Source: Planctomycetota bacterium (lineage in GTDB: Bacteria > Planctomycetota > UBA11346). From it: DNA of 55,137 nucleotides. Under the pieces are notes generated by a model. That model saw only the letters and a list, made by a program, of their open reading frames with translations. It did no database searches and had not been told where the DNA came from. Every line of letters begins with the position of its first letter. Positions within the stretch are counted from its first letter, which is position 1. A program made the position numbers and the translations under genes. Shown here one piece after another: positions 35,466-46,500 of the stretch. The DNA lies in assembly GCA_038213805.1 (NCBI GenBank), contig JBBQSO010000030.1, forward strand, positions 1 through 55,137, given 5' to 3'.

Positions 35466-36929
35466 TCACCCGACGAACATGATCTCCCGGTACATCTCGA
35501 CGTACTCCGCCGCCACCTGCTCCCACCCGTGATCGGCGCTCATGGCGCGCTTCATCGCCTGCTTCCATTCCACCGGATAGTGCTCGTAGAGGCCAAGCGC
35601 GCGGTCAAGCACGCTGGAGAAGTGGCCAAGATCCATCGGGCCGAAGGTGAAGCCGTTGCCTGAACCGCTCGCCACGTCGGTGACGGTGTCGGCGAGGCCG
35701 CCGGTATAGCGCACCAGCGGCAGGGTGCCGTAGCGCAGGCTGTAGAGCTGCGTCAGTCCGCACGGCTCGGTGCGGCTCGGCATCAGGAAAAGATCGGCGC
35801 CGGCGATGATGCGGTGCGCGAGCTCTTCATTGTAGCCGAACCATGCGTGCACCCAGCCGGGATGGCGGGTCTGGAGCTGGCGCAGGCGGTGCTCGAGATG
35901 GGTGTCGCCCGAACCGAGCACGACCAGCTGCATGCGGCCGGCGAGGATGTACGGCTCGACCGCGGCGACCACCAGGTCGATGCCTTTCTGCTCGACCAGG
36001 CGGCTGACTACGGCGACCAGCGCCGGCTGTCCGGCCGGAACCAGGCCGAGTTCGGTGCGCAGCTCCTCCTTGCAGGCGCGCTTGCCGCCGGGCCGGCGCA
36101 GGTCGAAGCGCGTGGGCAGCGACTCGTCGGTCCACGGGTTCCACTCCGCCGTGTCGATGCCGTTGGTGATGCCGCGCAGCTTGAAGGCGTTGGCGCGCAT
36201 CACGCCGTCCAGGCCAGAGCCGAACTCGGGCAGCTGGATCTCTTCGGCGTAGCGCCGGCTGACGGTGGTCACGCGGTCGGCGAAGACCACCCCGGCCTTC
36301 AGGCAGTTGAGGCGGCCGTAGTGTTCGAGGTGAAGCGGGTTGAATAGCGACCAGTCGAGGCCGGTCAGCTTCATGTCGAAGTGCCAGAACGCGCCCTGGT
36401 AGGCGATGTTGTGGATGGTGAAGACGGTGCGCGTCGCAGGCAGGGTGCGCTGGAAGCCGCGCTCGCGCAGGGCCGGGATGAGACCGGTCTGCCAGTCGTG
36501 GGCGTGGATGAAATGCGGCACCCAGCCGAGCATGCCGGGCAGGGCCAACGCCGCCTTCGAGAACACCGCGTAGCGGCGCGCGTTGTCGTCGTAGTCCATG
36601 CCCGCGCTCGGCCCATAGATGCCGTCGCGGTCGAAGAGCTCGTCGCAGGCGAGCAGATAGACGGTGGTGCCGTCGAGCTCGACCGTGCCGACGCCAACGC
36701 GGTGGTCGACGCCGCCCGCCTCGATGACCAGGGGATGCTCGCTCCAAGTCAGGCCGAGCGCCTCTGCCTTGCGCCGCACGCTGCGGTAAAGCGGGATGGC
36801 GACGCGCGCATCGTGGCCGAGTCCATTCAGCGCCTTGGGCAGGGCCCCCACCACGTCCGCCAGACCGCCCGTCTTGATGAACGGCACCATCTCGCTGGCC
36901 ACGTGGAGGATGCGCAGGGACGTCGGCAT
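35466..36929 (-). CDS. glgA: Glycogen synthase
   Basis: 'KTGGLADV', 'HAHDWQ', 'FTIHNIAYQG', 'SRLVEQKG', 'MPSRTEPCGLTQ', 'TGGLADTV'. Confidence 0.96.
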   Translation of the reverse strand: MPTSLRILHVASEMVPFIKTGGLADVVGALPKALNGLGHDARVAIPLYRSVRRKAEALGLTWSEHPLVIEAGGVDHRVGVGTVELDGTTVYLLACDELFDRDGIYGPSAGMDYDDNARRYAVFSKAALALPGMLGWVPHFIHAHDWQTGLIPALRERGFQRTLPATRTVFTIHNIAYQGAFWHFDMKLTGLDWSLFNPLHLEHYGRLNCLKAGVVFADRVTTVSRRYAEEIQLPEFGSGLDGVMRANAFKLRGITNGIDTAEWNPWTDESLPTRFDLRRPGGKRACKEELRTELGLVPAGQPALVAVVSRLVEQKGIDLVVAAVEPYILAGRMQLVVLGSGDTHLEHRLRQLQTRHPGWVHAWFGYNEELAHRIIAGADLFLMPSRTEPCGLTQLYSLRYGTLPLVRYTGGLADTVTDVASGSGNGFTFGPMDLGHFSSVLDRALGLYEHYPVEWKQAMKRAMSADHGWEQVAAEYVEMYREIMFVG

Positions 36930-37030
36930 GGTCGGGTTTCCGGACAACGCGGGCCGCGCACTATTCCCGCGGCGGCTGGCGTGGCAAGGCTGCAAGCCTG
37001 GACCTTGGAGTGGGATGGAGCGTGCGGGAT

Positions 37031-37065
37031 GCTGATGGCTGATGGCTGATGGCTGATGGCTGATG
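37031..37065. repeat. Heptamer tandem repeat (GCTGATG)x5
   Basis: Read directly; the same unit occurs at 49286 and, inverted, at 52766. Confidence 0.92.
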
Positions 37066-37343
37066 GCCCATTGTTCAGAGAGTGGACCGGTTGGAGGACT
37101 GTCGCCCACACATTCCACCACTGCCCAGCTTTCCATATCTGTTCCAGGGTGCGTGGAAGGCGGCCATTGAGCCGGACGGTGCGCCCTGCACCATGCCCCC
37201 ATGGCGATGGGCCCGTGGTCACCAACTCTTGCCCAGCCGTCTTCTGGGACGCTCTGCGGAATGGTGCGTTTCTGCGCTTGCCGGTGGAGCGCGGCGGACG
37301 GTGCCGGGCGCGCGGCATCCGCCACCGCGGGCAATGGGCACCC

Positions 37344-39131
37344 GTGATCCTCGGCGCCCCGCTCGGACTGCTCGCCCTCGCTGCCCTGCCCACGATCGTC
37401 GCGGTGCACGTCTTCCGCCGCCGCTTCCGGCCGCGTCCGGTCAGCGCGCTGTTCCTTTATGGCGCCCAGGTGCGCACCGTCGCCGCCGGGCGCACCCGGC
37501 AGCGCGTACTGAACCGCGCCAGCATGTGGCTGGAGCTGCTCGCCGCCGCCGCGCTGGCGTGGTGGCTGTGCGACCCGCACCTCGCTGACCGCGAGGCCGC
37601 GACCCAGATCGCGGTGATCCTCGACAGCCGGCTGCGGGTGTCCGCACGCACGCCGGGCGCGGGCAGCACGGCGGAACGCATCCGCGCCGCGCTCGACGTA
37701 CGCTTCGCCGCGCTGACGCGCGACGATCGCATCACGCTGATCGCCTCGGGGACGCCGCCGCGGCTGCTCGCGGGGCCGGGCGCGCTGCCCGAGGACGCCC
37801 GCCGCGCGCTCGCCATCTGGAAACCGGGCGCAGCCTGGCACGAGCTCGACGACAGCTTGGTGCTGGCGCGCTCGCTGGCCGGCGACGGCGAGGTGCTGCT
37901 CGCCAGCGACCGCATCCCCGCCGGCCTGCCGCCACGCATCGCCGTGCTCGCCAGCGGCCGCCCACTCGCCGCCAGCGGCCTGGTCGACGCACGCTGGCTG
38001 CGCGACCGCGAGGGCGAACGCCTGGTGGCGCGGGTGCTGGCGCAGGGCGGCGCCAGCCACCGCACGCTCGAACTGCGCACCGTCGACGGCGCGGTGCTGG
38101 CCCGCCAGGAACTCACGCTCGCCGACCACGTGCCGGCAAGCGCGAGCTTCGCGCTTGCCGCCGCGTCCGCGCCGGGCGCCGCGGTGCCGGACGCGCTGGT
38201 CCTCGCCTTGACCGGCGACGACCCGCTGCCCGGCGACGATGCAGCCACCCTGCTGCGCCCGCCTCATCCGCCGCTGCGCGTGCAGCTGGCACTGGCCGGG
38301 CCGGCGCGCGCCATGGTCGAGCGCGCGCTCGCCGCGGTCGGCGACGTGGTCCTCGGCGGCAGCTCGCCGCAGCTGGTCATCGGCGGCGATGGCGCGCCGC
38401 CGGAGGGCGCCTGGCAGCTGCGCTTCGCGCCGAGCGGTGCCGCGCCGGCGCTGGGACCGTTCCTGGCGCGGCGCGGCCACGCGCTGCTGCGCGAGATCGA
38501 CTTCACCGGTGTGTTGTGGGCGGGTGGCTTGGCCGACGACGCGCTGCCGGCGCAGACCACCGCCCTGCTCGAAGCCGGGCGCGCAGTGCTGATCAGCGAG
38601 CGGCGCCGCGGGCGCGACCGCCTCATCACCCTGCACCTCGACGCTGCCCACGCAACGTTTGGCGAGCACCCGGCGTGGCCGAGCATGGTCGCCAACCTGC
38701 TCGCCGCGCGCCGCGACGCGCTGCCCGGCCCACGCCAGCCGAACGTGCTCGCCGGCCACCCGACCACGGTGGTGCTGCCCGAAGGTGTTCCCGGCGTGAC
38801 CTTGATTGCGGACGATGGGACACGCGCGCGCTTTGCTGCCGACGGTGAGGGCGAGGTGCTGATCCCCGGACTGGAGCGGGGCGGCCGCCAGCGCCTGGTG
38901 CTGGACGGCTCCGACCAGGCATGGGCCGAGCTCGCGGTGCTGCCGCTCGACGCGCGCCAGGGCGACCTCGCTGAGGCAGCGAGCGGCGAGCGCGCGGGTG
39001 CGGAGCCGAGCAGCGGTGCCGCCGAGCGCCGGCGCGCACCGTTCGCCCACCTGCTGCCCATCGTCCTGGCTGCGGGCGCGGCACTCGCAGCGTGGGCCTG
39101 CTTCCGTCGCGAAGAGGGCCACGCGCCATGA
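37344..39131 (+). CDS. BatA N-terminal domain + degenerate VWA membrane protein
   Basis: BatA-type N-terminus 'PLGLLALAALP.IVAVH..RRR....VSAL'; 'VILDS' with a degenerate MIDAS; C-terminal TM. Confidence 0.8.
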   Translation: MILGAPLGLLALAALPTIVAVHVFRRRFRPRPVSALFLYGAQVRTVAAGRTRQRVLNRASMWLELLAAAALAWWLCDPHLADREAATQIAVILDSRLRVSARTPGAGSTAERIRAALDVRFAALTRDDRITLIASGTPPRLLAGPGALPEDARRALAIWKPGAAWHELDDSLVLARSLAGDGEVLLASDRIPAGLPPRIAVLASGRPLAASGLVDARWLRDREGERLVARVLAQGGASHRTLELRTVDGAVLARQELTLADHVPASASFALAAASAPGAAVPDALVLALTGDDPLPGDDAATLLRPPHPPLRVQLALAGPARAMVERALAAVGDVVLGGSSPQLVIGGDGAPPEGAWQLRFAPSGAAPALGPFLARRGHALLREIDFTGVLWAGGLADDALPAQTTALLEAGRAVLISERRRGRDRLITLHLDAAHATFGEHPAWPSMVANLLAARRDALPGPRQPNVLAGHPTTVVLPEGVPGVTLIADDGTRARFAADGEGEVLIPGLERGGRQRLVLDGSDQAWAELAVLPLDARQGDLAEAASGERAGAEPSSGAAERRRAPFAHLLPIVLAAGAALAAWACFRREEGHAP

Positions 39132-41944
39132 TGGGCACCACGCTCGGCTTCGTGTTGCCCGCGGCCCTGGCGCTCGCCGCACCCGCGCTGTTCGCCTGGT
39201 GGCGCTGGGGCCGGCCTGCGGGTGGGCGCTGGTTCGGGCTGAGCGCGCTGGTGCTGCTGGTGCTCGCCGCCGCCCAGCCCGAACTCGCCTGGGGCCGCGG
39301 CGGCAGCGACGTGGTGCTGGTACTCGACCGTTCGGCCTCGATGGCGGCAGCGTGCGGCCGCCAGGAGGAGCTGCTGCATTTGATCGGCGACCAGCGCCGC
39401 GCCGGCGACCGCATGGCGGTCGTGATGGTCGGCGAGGGCGCCTGCGTCGCGCAGGGCCCGCAGCACACCGACCTGCCAAGCCTCGCCGACCATCCCCTGG
39501 TCGACGGCGCCAGCGACCTGGCCGCCGCGCTCGAGCAGGCCGGCGCGCTGTTCGCGCCCGGCCGCACCGGGCGGGTGATCCTGCACAGCGACGGCGAGGC
39601 CACCGGCGCCGATCCGCGCCGCGCCGCCGCGCGCCTGGCGCTGGCCGGCATCCCGCTCGACGCGCTCACCGAACGCCGCGCGCCGCTGCCCGACGCCGCC
39701 ATCCTCGACCTTGAACTGCCGCAGGAGCTGCGCCTGGGCGAGAGTTTCCTGGCCGCGGTGCGTTTCCTCGGCGATCGTGACGAGCACCGCGCGTACCGCA
39801 TCCTGCGCGCCGCTCAGCCCGGCGCGGCCGAGCGCGTGCTGGCCAGTGGCGAGGTCACGCTCACCGCCGGGCATCCGGTATCGGTGACCTTCGCCGACCG
39901 CCCGGTGCGCGCCGGCCTGGCCACCTATCGCGTCGAACTCGACGAGCGCGAAGACCGCCAGCCGCTCAACAACCGCGCCACCGGCAGCCTGCGCATCGAC
40001 GGTGGCGAGCGTGTGCTGGTGATGGGTGGCGATGGCGCGCCCGGCAACGTGGCGCGGGCACTGGAATCCGCCGGCATGGTGGTGACCTGCCGCGCCGAGG
40101 GGCCGCTGCGCCTCGACGACTTGCTCGGGATCAGCGTGCTGGTCCTGGAGCAGGTGCCCGCCGACCGCCTCGGCGCGCCCGGCCTGGAAGCCATAGCGCG
40201 CTGGGTCGAGCACCTCGGCGGCGGCCTGGTGCTGACCGGCGGGCGGCGCGGCTTCGGCTGCGGCGGCTACCACAAGAGCCCGGTCGAGCGCGTGCTGCCG
40301 GTGACCATGGAGCTGCGCGACGAGCACCGCAAGCTCGCCGTGGCCATGGCCATCAGCCTCGACCGCTCCGGCTCGATGGGCGTGCCGGTGGCGGGCGGAC
40401 GCACCAAGATGGACCTCGCCGACGAGGGCGCGGTCGCGGCCATCGAGCTGCTCGGCCCGCACGACCTGGTGGCGGTGCACGCGGTCGACAGCGAACCGCA
40501 CGTGATCGTGCCGCTGCAAAGCGTGAACGACGCCAAGGGGCTGGTCGGGCGCGTGCTCGGCGTGCACAGCGAAGGGGGCGGCATCTACGTCTACCAGGCG
40601 CTGCTCGGCGCCGGCAAGGAACTGCTCGCCGCCAAGACCGGCACCCGCCACCTGGTGCTGTTCGCAGACGCCAACGACGCGGAGGAGCCCGGCGATTACA
40701 AGCGCCTGGTCGCCGACTACGTGGCCGCCGGCATCACCGTGTCAGTGGTGGCGATGGGCTCACCGAAGGATTCCGACGCGGCCTTCCTTGAAGATGTGGC
40801 GCGGCGCGGCAACGGCCGCATCGCCTTTGCCGAGACCCCCGAGGACATCCCGCGCATGTTCGCGCAGGAGACCGTGCTGGTCGCGCGCAGTTCCTGGATC
40901 GGCGATCCGGTCGCGCTCAAACCGCAACCGGGCCTGGCGCTGGCGCTCGGCGGCGACGCGCTGCCCGCCGAGGGCTGGCCAACCGTGCCCGGCTACAACC
41001 TGACCTACGCGCGCGACCGCGCGCAGGTGCTGGCGCTCGCGCCCGGCGACCCGGTGGCCCCGGCGGTGGCGGTGTGGCGCATTGGCAGCGGGCGCAGCGC
41101 GGCGCTGTGCCTCAACGCCGACGATCCGCAGGACCCGCGCCTGCTCGCCTGGGGCGGCTACGGCAAGCTGCTCGCCGGTCTGGTGCGCTGGACGGGCGGG
41201 CGCGATTCCGCCACTCCTGGCACGTTGTCTGCCGAGCGCAGCGGCCGCCAGGTCACCGTGCACCTCGAACTCGATCCCGCGCAGCGCGCACGCTGGCCCG
41301 AGAAGACCCCGGAGCTGGTGCTAGCGCAGAGCGGCGAGGTCGGCGAGCCGCGCCGCCTGGCCCTGGACGCGGTCGACGTCGGACGTTACGAGGCCACCTT
41401 CGCGCTCGCGAGTGACCAGGCGCTGCTGCCGGCGGTGACCATCGACGGCAGCGCCATCGTCGGCCCGGCGCTGAGCCTGCCCTACTCGCCCGAGGCCGAG
41501 CCGCGCTGGGGCCGCGCCACCGGCGCCGAGGTCATGGCCGGTCTCGCCCGCGACACCGGCGGCAAGGTGCGCAGCGACACCCTCGACGCATTCGCCAACC
41601 CGCCCAGCCCCGGCGAGCGCACCGGCGCGGCCACGGCGCTGGTCATCGCGGCGCTGGTGCTCGCGCTCATGGAAATCGCGGTGCGGCGATTACAGGTGGG
41701 TGTGCCGCGGGTGCGGCTGCCGAGGTGGAAGGTGAAGTTGCCGCGCTTCGCGCGCAGGAAGGCGGCCACATCCATGGCCGACAGCGCATCCGGTGCATCG
41801 CCAACGGCCCAGGGAGCGACGATTCCGGCGTCTACGGCGGCACTCACCTCTCCTTCCACGCCGCCCCCGACGCCGGCGCTCCCACCGTCTGGCGATGGTC
41901 TTCACGAAGCCCTGCGTCAGATGCGCGATAAGCGCAAATATTGA
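39128..41944 (+). CDS. Double-VWA domain / glutamine amidotransferase-like membrane protein
   Basis: MIDAS motifs 'LDRSASM' and 'LDRSGSM'; GATase-like 'GGGLVLTGG...FG.GGY..SPVE..LPV'; 'YSPE'; ATGA overlap with the upstream gene. Confidence 0.85.
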   Translation: MMGTTLGFVLPAALALAAPALFAWWRWGRPAGGRWFGLSALVLLVLAAAQPELAWGRGGSDVVLVLDRSASMAAACGRQEELLHLIGDQRRAGDRMAVVMVGEGACVAQGPQHTDLPSLADHPLVDGASDLAAALEQAGALFAPGRTGRVILHSDGEATGADPRRAAARLALAGIPLDALTERRAPLPDAAILDLELPQELRLGESFLAAVRFLGDRDEHRAYRILRAAQPGAAERVLASGEVTLTAGHPVSVTFADRPVRAGLATYRVELDEREDRQPLNNRATGSLRIDGGERVLVMGGDGAPGNVARALESAGMVVTCRAEGPLRLDDLLGISVLVLEQVPADRLGAPGLEAIARWVEHLGGGLVLTGGRRGFGCGGYHKSPVERVLPVTMELRDEHRKLAVAMAISLDRSGSMGVPVAGGRTKMDLADEGAVAAIELLGPHDLVAVHAVDSEPHVIVPLQSVNDAKGLVGRVLGVHSEGGGIYVYQALLGAGKELLAAKTGTRHLVLFADANDAEEPGDYKRLVADYVAAGITVSVVAMGSPKDSDAAFLEDVARRGNGRIAFAETPEDIPRMFAQETVLVARSSWIGDPVALKPQPGLALALGGDALPAEGWPTVPGYNLTYARDRAQVLALAPGDPVAPAVAVWRIGSGRSAALCLNADDPQDPRLLAWGGYGKLLAGLVRWTGGRDSATPGTLSAERSGRQVTVHLELDPAQRARWPEKTPELVLAQSGEVGEPRRLALDAVDVGRYEATFALASDQALLPAVTIDGSAIVGPALSLPYSPEAEPRWGRATGAEVMAGLARDTGGKVRSDTLDAFANPPSPGERTGAATALVIAALVLALMEIAVRRLQVGVPRVRLPRWKVKLPRFARRKAATSMADSASGASPTAQGATIPASTAALTSPSTPPPTPALPPSGDGLHEALRQMRDKRKY

Positions 41945-42142
41945 GAGTGCCGCTCACGCGCGAACCTGCGCGTCTCCAGACTCGGCCCTCTCTATGATCG
42001 CTGCCCACGACTCCGGAACTGCGCAGGGGAAGGAATGGTCAGTAGGCTGTCTGCCCAGAGCGCCAACGGCACGTATGACATGCGATTCTGCAGGACCGCC
42101 GCCCCATGGATGATGGATGATTCTCCGATCCCGGAACCAAGA

Positions 42143-42172
42143 CCTAGCGCCTAGCGCCTAGCGCCTCGCGCC
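42143..42172. repeat. Heptamer tandem repeat (CCTAGCG)x3 + CCTCGCG
   Basis: Read directly, just after the DUF1501 stop. Confidence 0.85.
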
Positions 42173-42175
42173 CTC

Positions 42176-43585
42176 CTAGCCCTTGTCCTTGAACACCGCC
42201 TTCACGATCGTCCCCGCCACGTCGGTGAGCCGGAAGTCGCGACCGCCGTAGCGGTAGGTGAGTTTCTCGTGGTCGAGGCCGAACAGCGCCAGGATGGTGG
42301 CGTGCAGGTCGTGGTAGTGGACCTTGTCCTCGGTGGCGTAGTAGCCCCAGTCGTCGGTGGCGCCGAAGCTGAAGCCGGGCTTCACGCCGCCGCCCGCCAT
42401 CCACACGGTGAAGCCGTAGGGGTTGTGGTCGCGGCCATCCTTGCCCTCGGCGGTGGGCGTACGGCCGAACTCGGCGGCCCACATCACCAGGGTGTCCTCG
42501 AGCAGGCCGCGCGCCTTGAGATCGGTGAGCAGGCCGGCGATCGGCTTGTCGACCTGCGCGGCGTTGCTTTCGTGCCCGCCCTTGAGGTTGCTGTGCTGGT
42601 CCCACTTGTAGCTGTGGCTGCACTGCGTGAAGCGCACCCCCGACTCGGCGAAGCGCCGCGCCATCAGGCACTGGCGGCCGAAGTTCTCGGTGGTCTTGTC
42701 GTTGATGCCGTAGAGCTCGAGAGTCTCCTTCGACTCCTTCGAGAGGTCCATCAGCGCCGGCGCGTCCTTCTCCATGCGGTAGGCGAGGTCGTAGGACTCG
42801 CTGCGCGACGCCATCGCGTCGTCGACCGTGCGCGCGGCCAGATGCGAACCGTTCATCTCCTTGAGGAAGTCGAGCTCAGCGCGCTGCATCTCGCCACTCC
42901 ACGAGCGGTTCGCGAGGTGGTTTATGGTCGCCTCCGCGCACGGGATGCTGGCGTTGCCGATCGGGGTGCCCTGGAAGACGCCGGGCAGGAAGGCCGAGGC
43001 CCAGTTGTTGACCCCGCCATGACCGAGGGTCGGGCAGATGGTGATGAAGCCGGGCAGGTTGCGGTTTTCGCTGCCGAGCGCGTAGTACAGCCAGCTGCCC
43101 ATGCTCGGGCGCACGAAGGTGTCCGAGCCGGTGTGCATGCCGAGCAGCGCGCCACCGTGCGCGACGTTGGTGCCGTACATCGACTTGATGAAGCACAGAT
43201 CGTCGACGTGCTTGGCGACCTCGGGGAACAGCGAGCTGACCCACGCGCCGCTCTGGCCGTGCTGCTTGAACTCCCACGGCGATTTGAGCAGGTTGCCGGT
43301 CTGGGCGAACTGCACGCGCGGTTTCTCTCCCGGGAAGGGCTTGCCGTCATCGCGCGCCAGGGCCGGCTTGTAGTCGAAGGTGTCGATCGACGACGGGCCG
43401 CCATGCGGGAACAACCAGATGATGCGCTTGGCGCGCTGGCGGAAGTCGAGCTTGCGCGGACCGGCCGGCGCGGCCGGCGCGCCGTCGCCGAACAGCCGCC
43501 CGGGCAGAGCGCCGGCGAGGGTGGTGAGGGCCAGGCCAGAGGCCGAGGCCTTGATGAGCTGACGGCGGGAGATTTCAGGGAACAT
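42176..43585 (-). CDS. DUF1501 family protein (Tat-exported)
   Basis: Tat motif 'SRRQLIK'; 'GGPSSIDTFDYKP', 'RPSMGSW', 'QCLMARR..E.GVRF', 'WDQH', 'EFGRTP', 'GRDHNP'. Confidence 0.93.
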   Translation of the reverse strand: MFPEISRRQLIKASASGLALTTLAGALPGRLFGDGAPAAPAGPRKLDFRQRAKRIIWLFPHGGPSSIDTFDYKPALARDDGKPFPGEKPRVQFAQTGNLLKSPWEFKQHGQSGAWVSSLFPEVAKHVDDLCFIKSMYGTNVAHGGALLGMHTGSDTFVRPSMGSWLYYALGSENRNLPGFITICPTLGHGGVNNWASAFLPGVFQGTPIGNASIPCAEATINHLANRSWSGEMQRAELDFLKEMNGSHLAARTVDDAMASRSESYDLAYRMEKDAPALMDLSKESKETLELYGINDKTTENFGRQCLMARRFAESGVRFTQCSHSYKWDQHSNLKGGHESNAAQVDKPIAGLLTDLKARGLLEDTLVMWAAEFGRTPTAEGKDGRDHNPYGFTVWMAGGGVKPGFSFGATDDWGYYATEDKVHYHDLHATILALFGLDHEKLTYRYGGRDFRLTDVAGTIVKAVFKDKG

Positions 43586-43599
43586 GGCGGTGTCCTCGT

Positions 43600-46500
43600 T
43601 CAATCGATGTAGAGGAATTCGTTCGAGGCGATCAGGATCTGACAGAGGCTCTGCAGCGGGCGCAGCGTCGAGGCCACGGTCGGCTTGAGTTCCATCTTCC
43701 CACCCACCGCCGGCGGCGCCGTTGCGAGGGCGCGCACGCTGGCCAGATACTTCAGCGCGCGGTCGAGCTCGGCCGGCGCGGCCGGGCGGCCGTAGGCGAT
43801 GCGATAGGCCTCGCCGACCTGGGCGCGCTCGTCATCGGGGTGCAGCTTGGCCACGCGCTCGGCGAAGGCCCCGCTCTGCTCGATGGCAAAGGGGCTGTTG
43901 ATCAGCCACAGCGCCTGGTGCGGAATGGTCGACGACGGGCGCTTCTCGATCGGCACGCTCGGATCGCTGTAGTCAAAGGCGGTGAACAGGTCGTACATGG
44001 CATTGCGGATGATCGGCATGTAGAGCGCCCGGCGCAGCTCGCTGTAACGGGCTTTGTTGTTGGACTGGTCGTTGGTGACGTAGTCGCCGTTCTTGGTGTC
44101 GAGCAGCGAGCCGCCGATGGTCAGGTCGAGGCGCCCGGCCGCGACCAGGATGCTGTCGCGGATCGGCTCGGCCTCCAGACGGCGGCGGTTCTGCCGCCAC
44201 AGCAGACGGTTCTCGGGGTCCTTGGTGGCGTAATCCTCGCGGTACGTGCTGGCCATGCGGTAGGCGCTCGAGCGCATGATCTCGCGGTGCAGGGCCTTGA
44301 TCGACCAGCCGTGCTCCTGGAAGTTCCGCGCCAGCCAGTCAAGCAGTTCGGGGTGGGTCGGCAGCTCGCCGCGCAGGCCGAAGTTCGACGGCGTGCGCAC
44401 CAGGCCCTCGGCGAAGTGCCCGAGCCAGACACGGTTGGCCATGACGCGCGCGGTCAGCGGGTGCTCTGCACTGGTCATCCACTGCGCCAGCTCAAGGCGG
44501 CCGCTGGATTTTCCCGGGATCGCCAGCGGCTTGACCAGGTTGTCGGTGACGTGCAGGAAACCGCGCGGCTCCTTGGTCGAGGCCAGGTTCTGGGTGCTGC
44601 CGCGGATGTGCACCGGCACGTCGACGATGTTCTGGTCGTTGACCGACATGGCGCGGTCGAAGGGTGCGGGCTTGGATTTTTCCATGTCGGCCAGCGCGGC
44701 GCGCTCGTCCGTGAGCTGCTTCTTCACGGCATCCGGGAAGCGCGCCTCGAGCCCAGCGCCATCCAGGAACAGCGGGCCACCGGCGGCGAACAGCGCGTGC
44801 TGCAGCGCGGACAGCTCCTTGGCTTCCTTCTCGTTGGCCCCCTCCTTGGCGTCCTTGTCCTTCTTGTCCTTCTTGCGCTTGGCTTTCTTGGTGTTGTTGG
44901 CGTCCTTGGCTTCGACCGCGAGGTCGACGCTGGTCAGCACCTCAACACCCGCGATCCACGCCTGATAGCGCTCGGCAAGCTCGGCCCGCGAGGCCGGCGG
45001 AGCAGGCTTGAGCAGCTCGAGGGCGAGCGGCGAGACCGCGCTCTCCGGCGACTTCTCGAGCTTGTCGGCGATCTCCGCGCTCTTGGACGCGAAGGCGTCG
45101 GCCGGGACCTTGGCGTAGGCGTTCCACACCGCCAGGAAGCGGTCGCTGTGTCCACGGCTGAGGAAGGTCGACCAGCTGCGCAGCACACCGGCGTCGAGGC
45201 CATCCGCGGTGGTGGGTGCGGCGCCGTTCGCCGACAGCGCATGCAGCACGAACTTGTCGAGGTGCGGAATGTCGCCATCGCGCTCGAAGCGCAGCACCGC
45301 CTTGCCGGCCGGCAGGGTGATCTCGCCAATGTCGCGCCAGGCCTGCTCCTTGGCGCTGAAGCCGCCGGTGGTGGCCTTGAAAGCATCGGTGATCACGACG
45401 GCCCCGCCAACCAGCACGCGCATGCCGCGCTCATCGCCGGCGGCGTAGCGCGTCTCGAGCAGGTAGCGGCCGGCGCTGGGCACGGTCAGGTCGTATTCGG
45501 CGAACTGCTGCCCGGCGGCGGCGGTGTGCACGATGGTGGTGTCGGCCGAACCGTAGGTGGACGAGTCGATGCGCAGGTTGCCGCGCGCGAAGGCCTCGGC
45601 CTCGACGGCGATGCCGTCGTGGGTGACCGCGCCGGCGGCGAGCAGATAGTCGGCGGTGCGCGCGCGCAGGGTGTCGACCACCTCGCGCTGAGCCGCGGAG
45701 CTGGTGGCGTCGAGCGCCTCCTGGCGTTTCTTCGCGTCGGATTTCCACGCCTCAGCAGCACGGATCTGCTCGACCGACGCGACGTCGTGCTCGTTCCATT
45801 TGGCCAGGCCACCCTGGTTGCCAAGAATCGCGGTGCTCTTCACGATGCCGGCCAGGGCGTAGTAGTCCTTGGTCGGGACCGGGTCGAACTTGTGGTCGTG
45901 GCAGCGCGCGCAGCCCAGGGTCAGACCGAGCATGGCCTTCCCCATGACGTCGATCTGCTCGTCCACCACGTCCATGACCAGCTTCTCGTTATCGTGCTCG
46001 GCGAGCATCTTGGGGCCAAGGACCTGGAAGCCGGTGGCGGCGATCTGGTCGACCAGCTGCTGATTGTCCTTGGCCGGAGGCAGCAGATCGCCGGCCAGCT
46101 GTTCGGTCAGGAAGCGGTCGTAGGGCTTGTCGGCATTGAAGGCGCGCACCACGTAGTCGCGGTACAGCCAGGCGTGGCCGTAGGCGAGGTTCTCGTCCAG
46201 TCCGTTGGAGTCGGAGTAGCGCACCAGGTCGAGCCAGTAACGCCCCCAGCGCTCACCGTACTGCGGCGCGGCGAGCAGGCGGTCGACGAGCGTGTCGTAG
46301 GCCTTGGGCGATGCGTCGGCGAGGAAGGCGTCGACCTCCTGCGGGGTCGGCGGCAGGCCGAGCAGATCGAACGTCGCGCGGCGGATGAAGCCGCGCTTGT
46401 CGATCTCGGGCGCGGGCTGCATGCCGGCGGCCTCCAACCGGGCGAGCACGAAGCGGTCGAGTGGGCTCTTCACCCAGGCTTGGGCTTTGACCGCGGGTGG

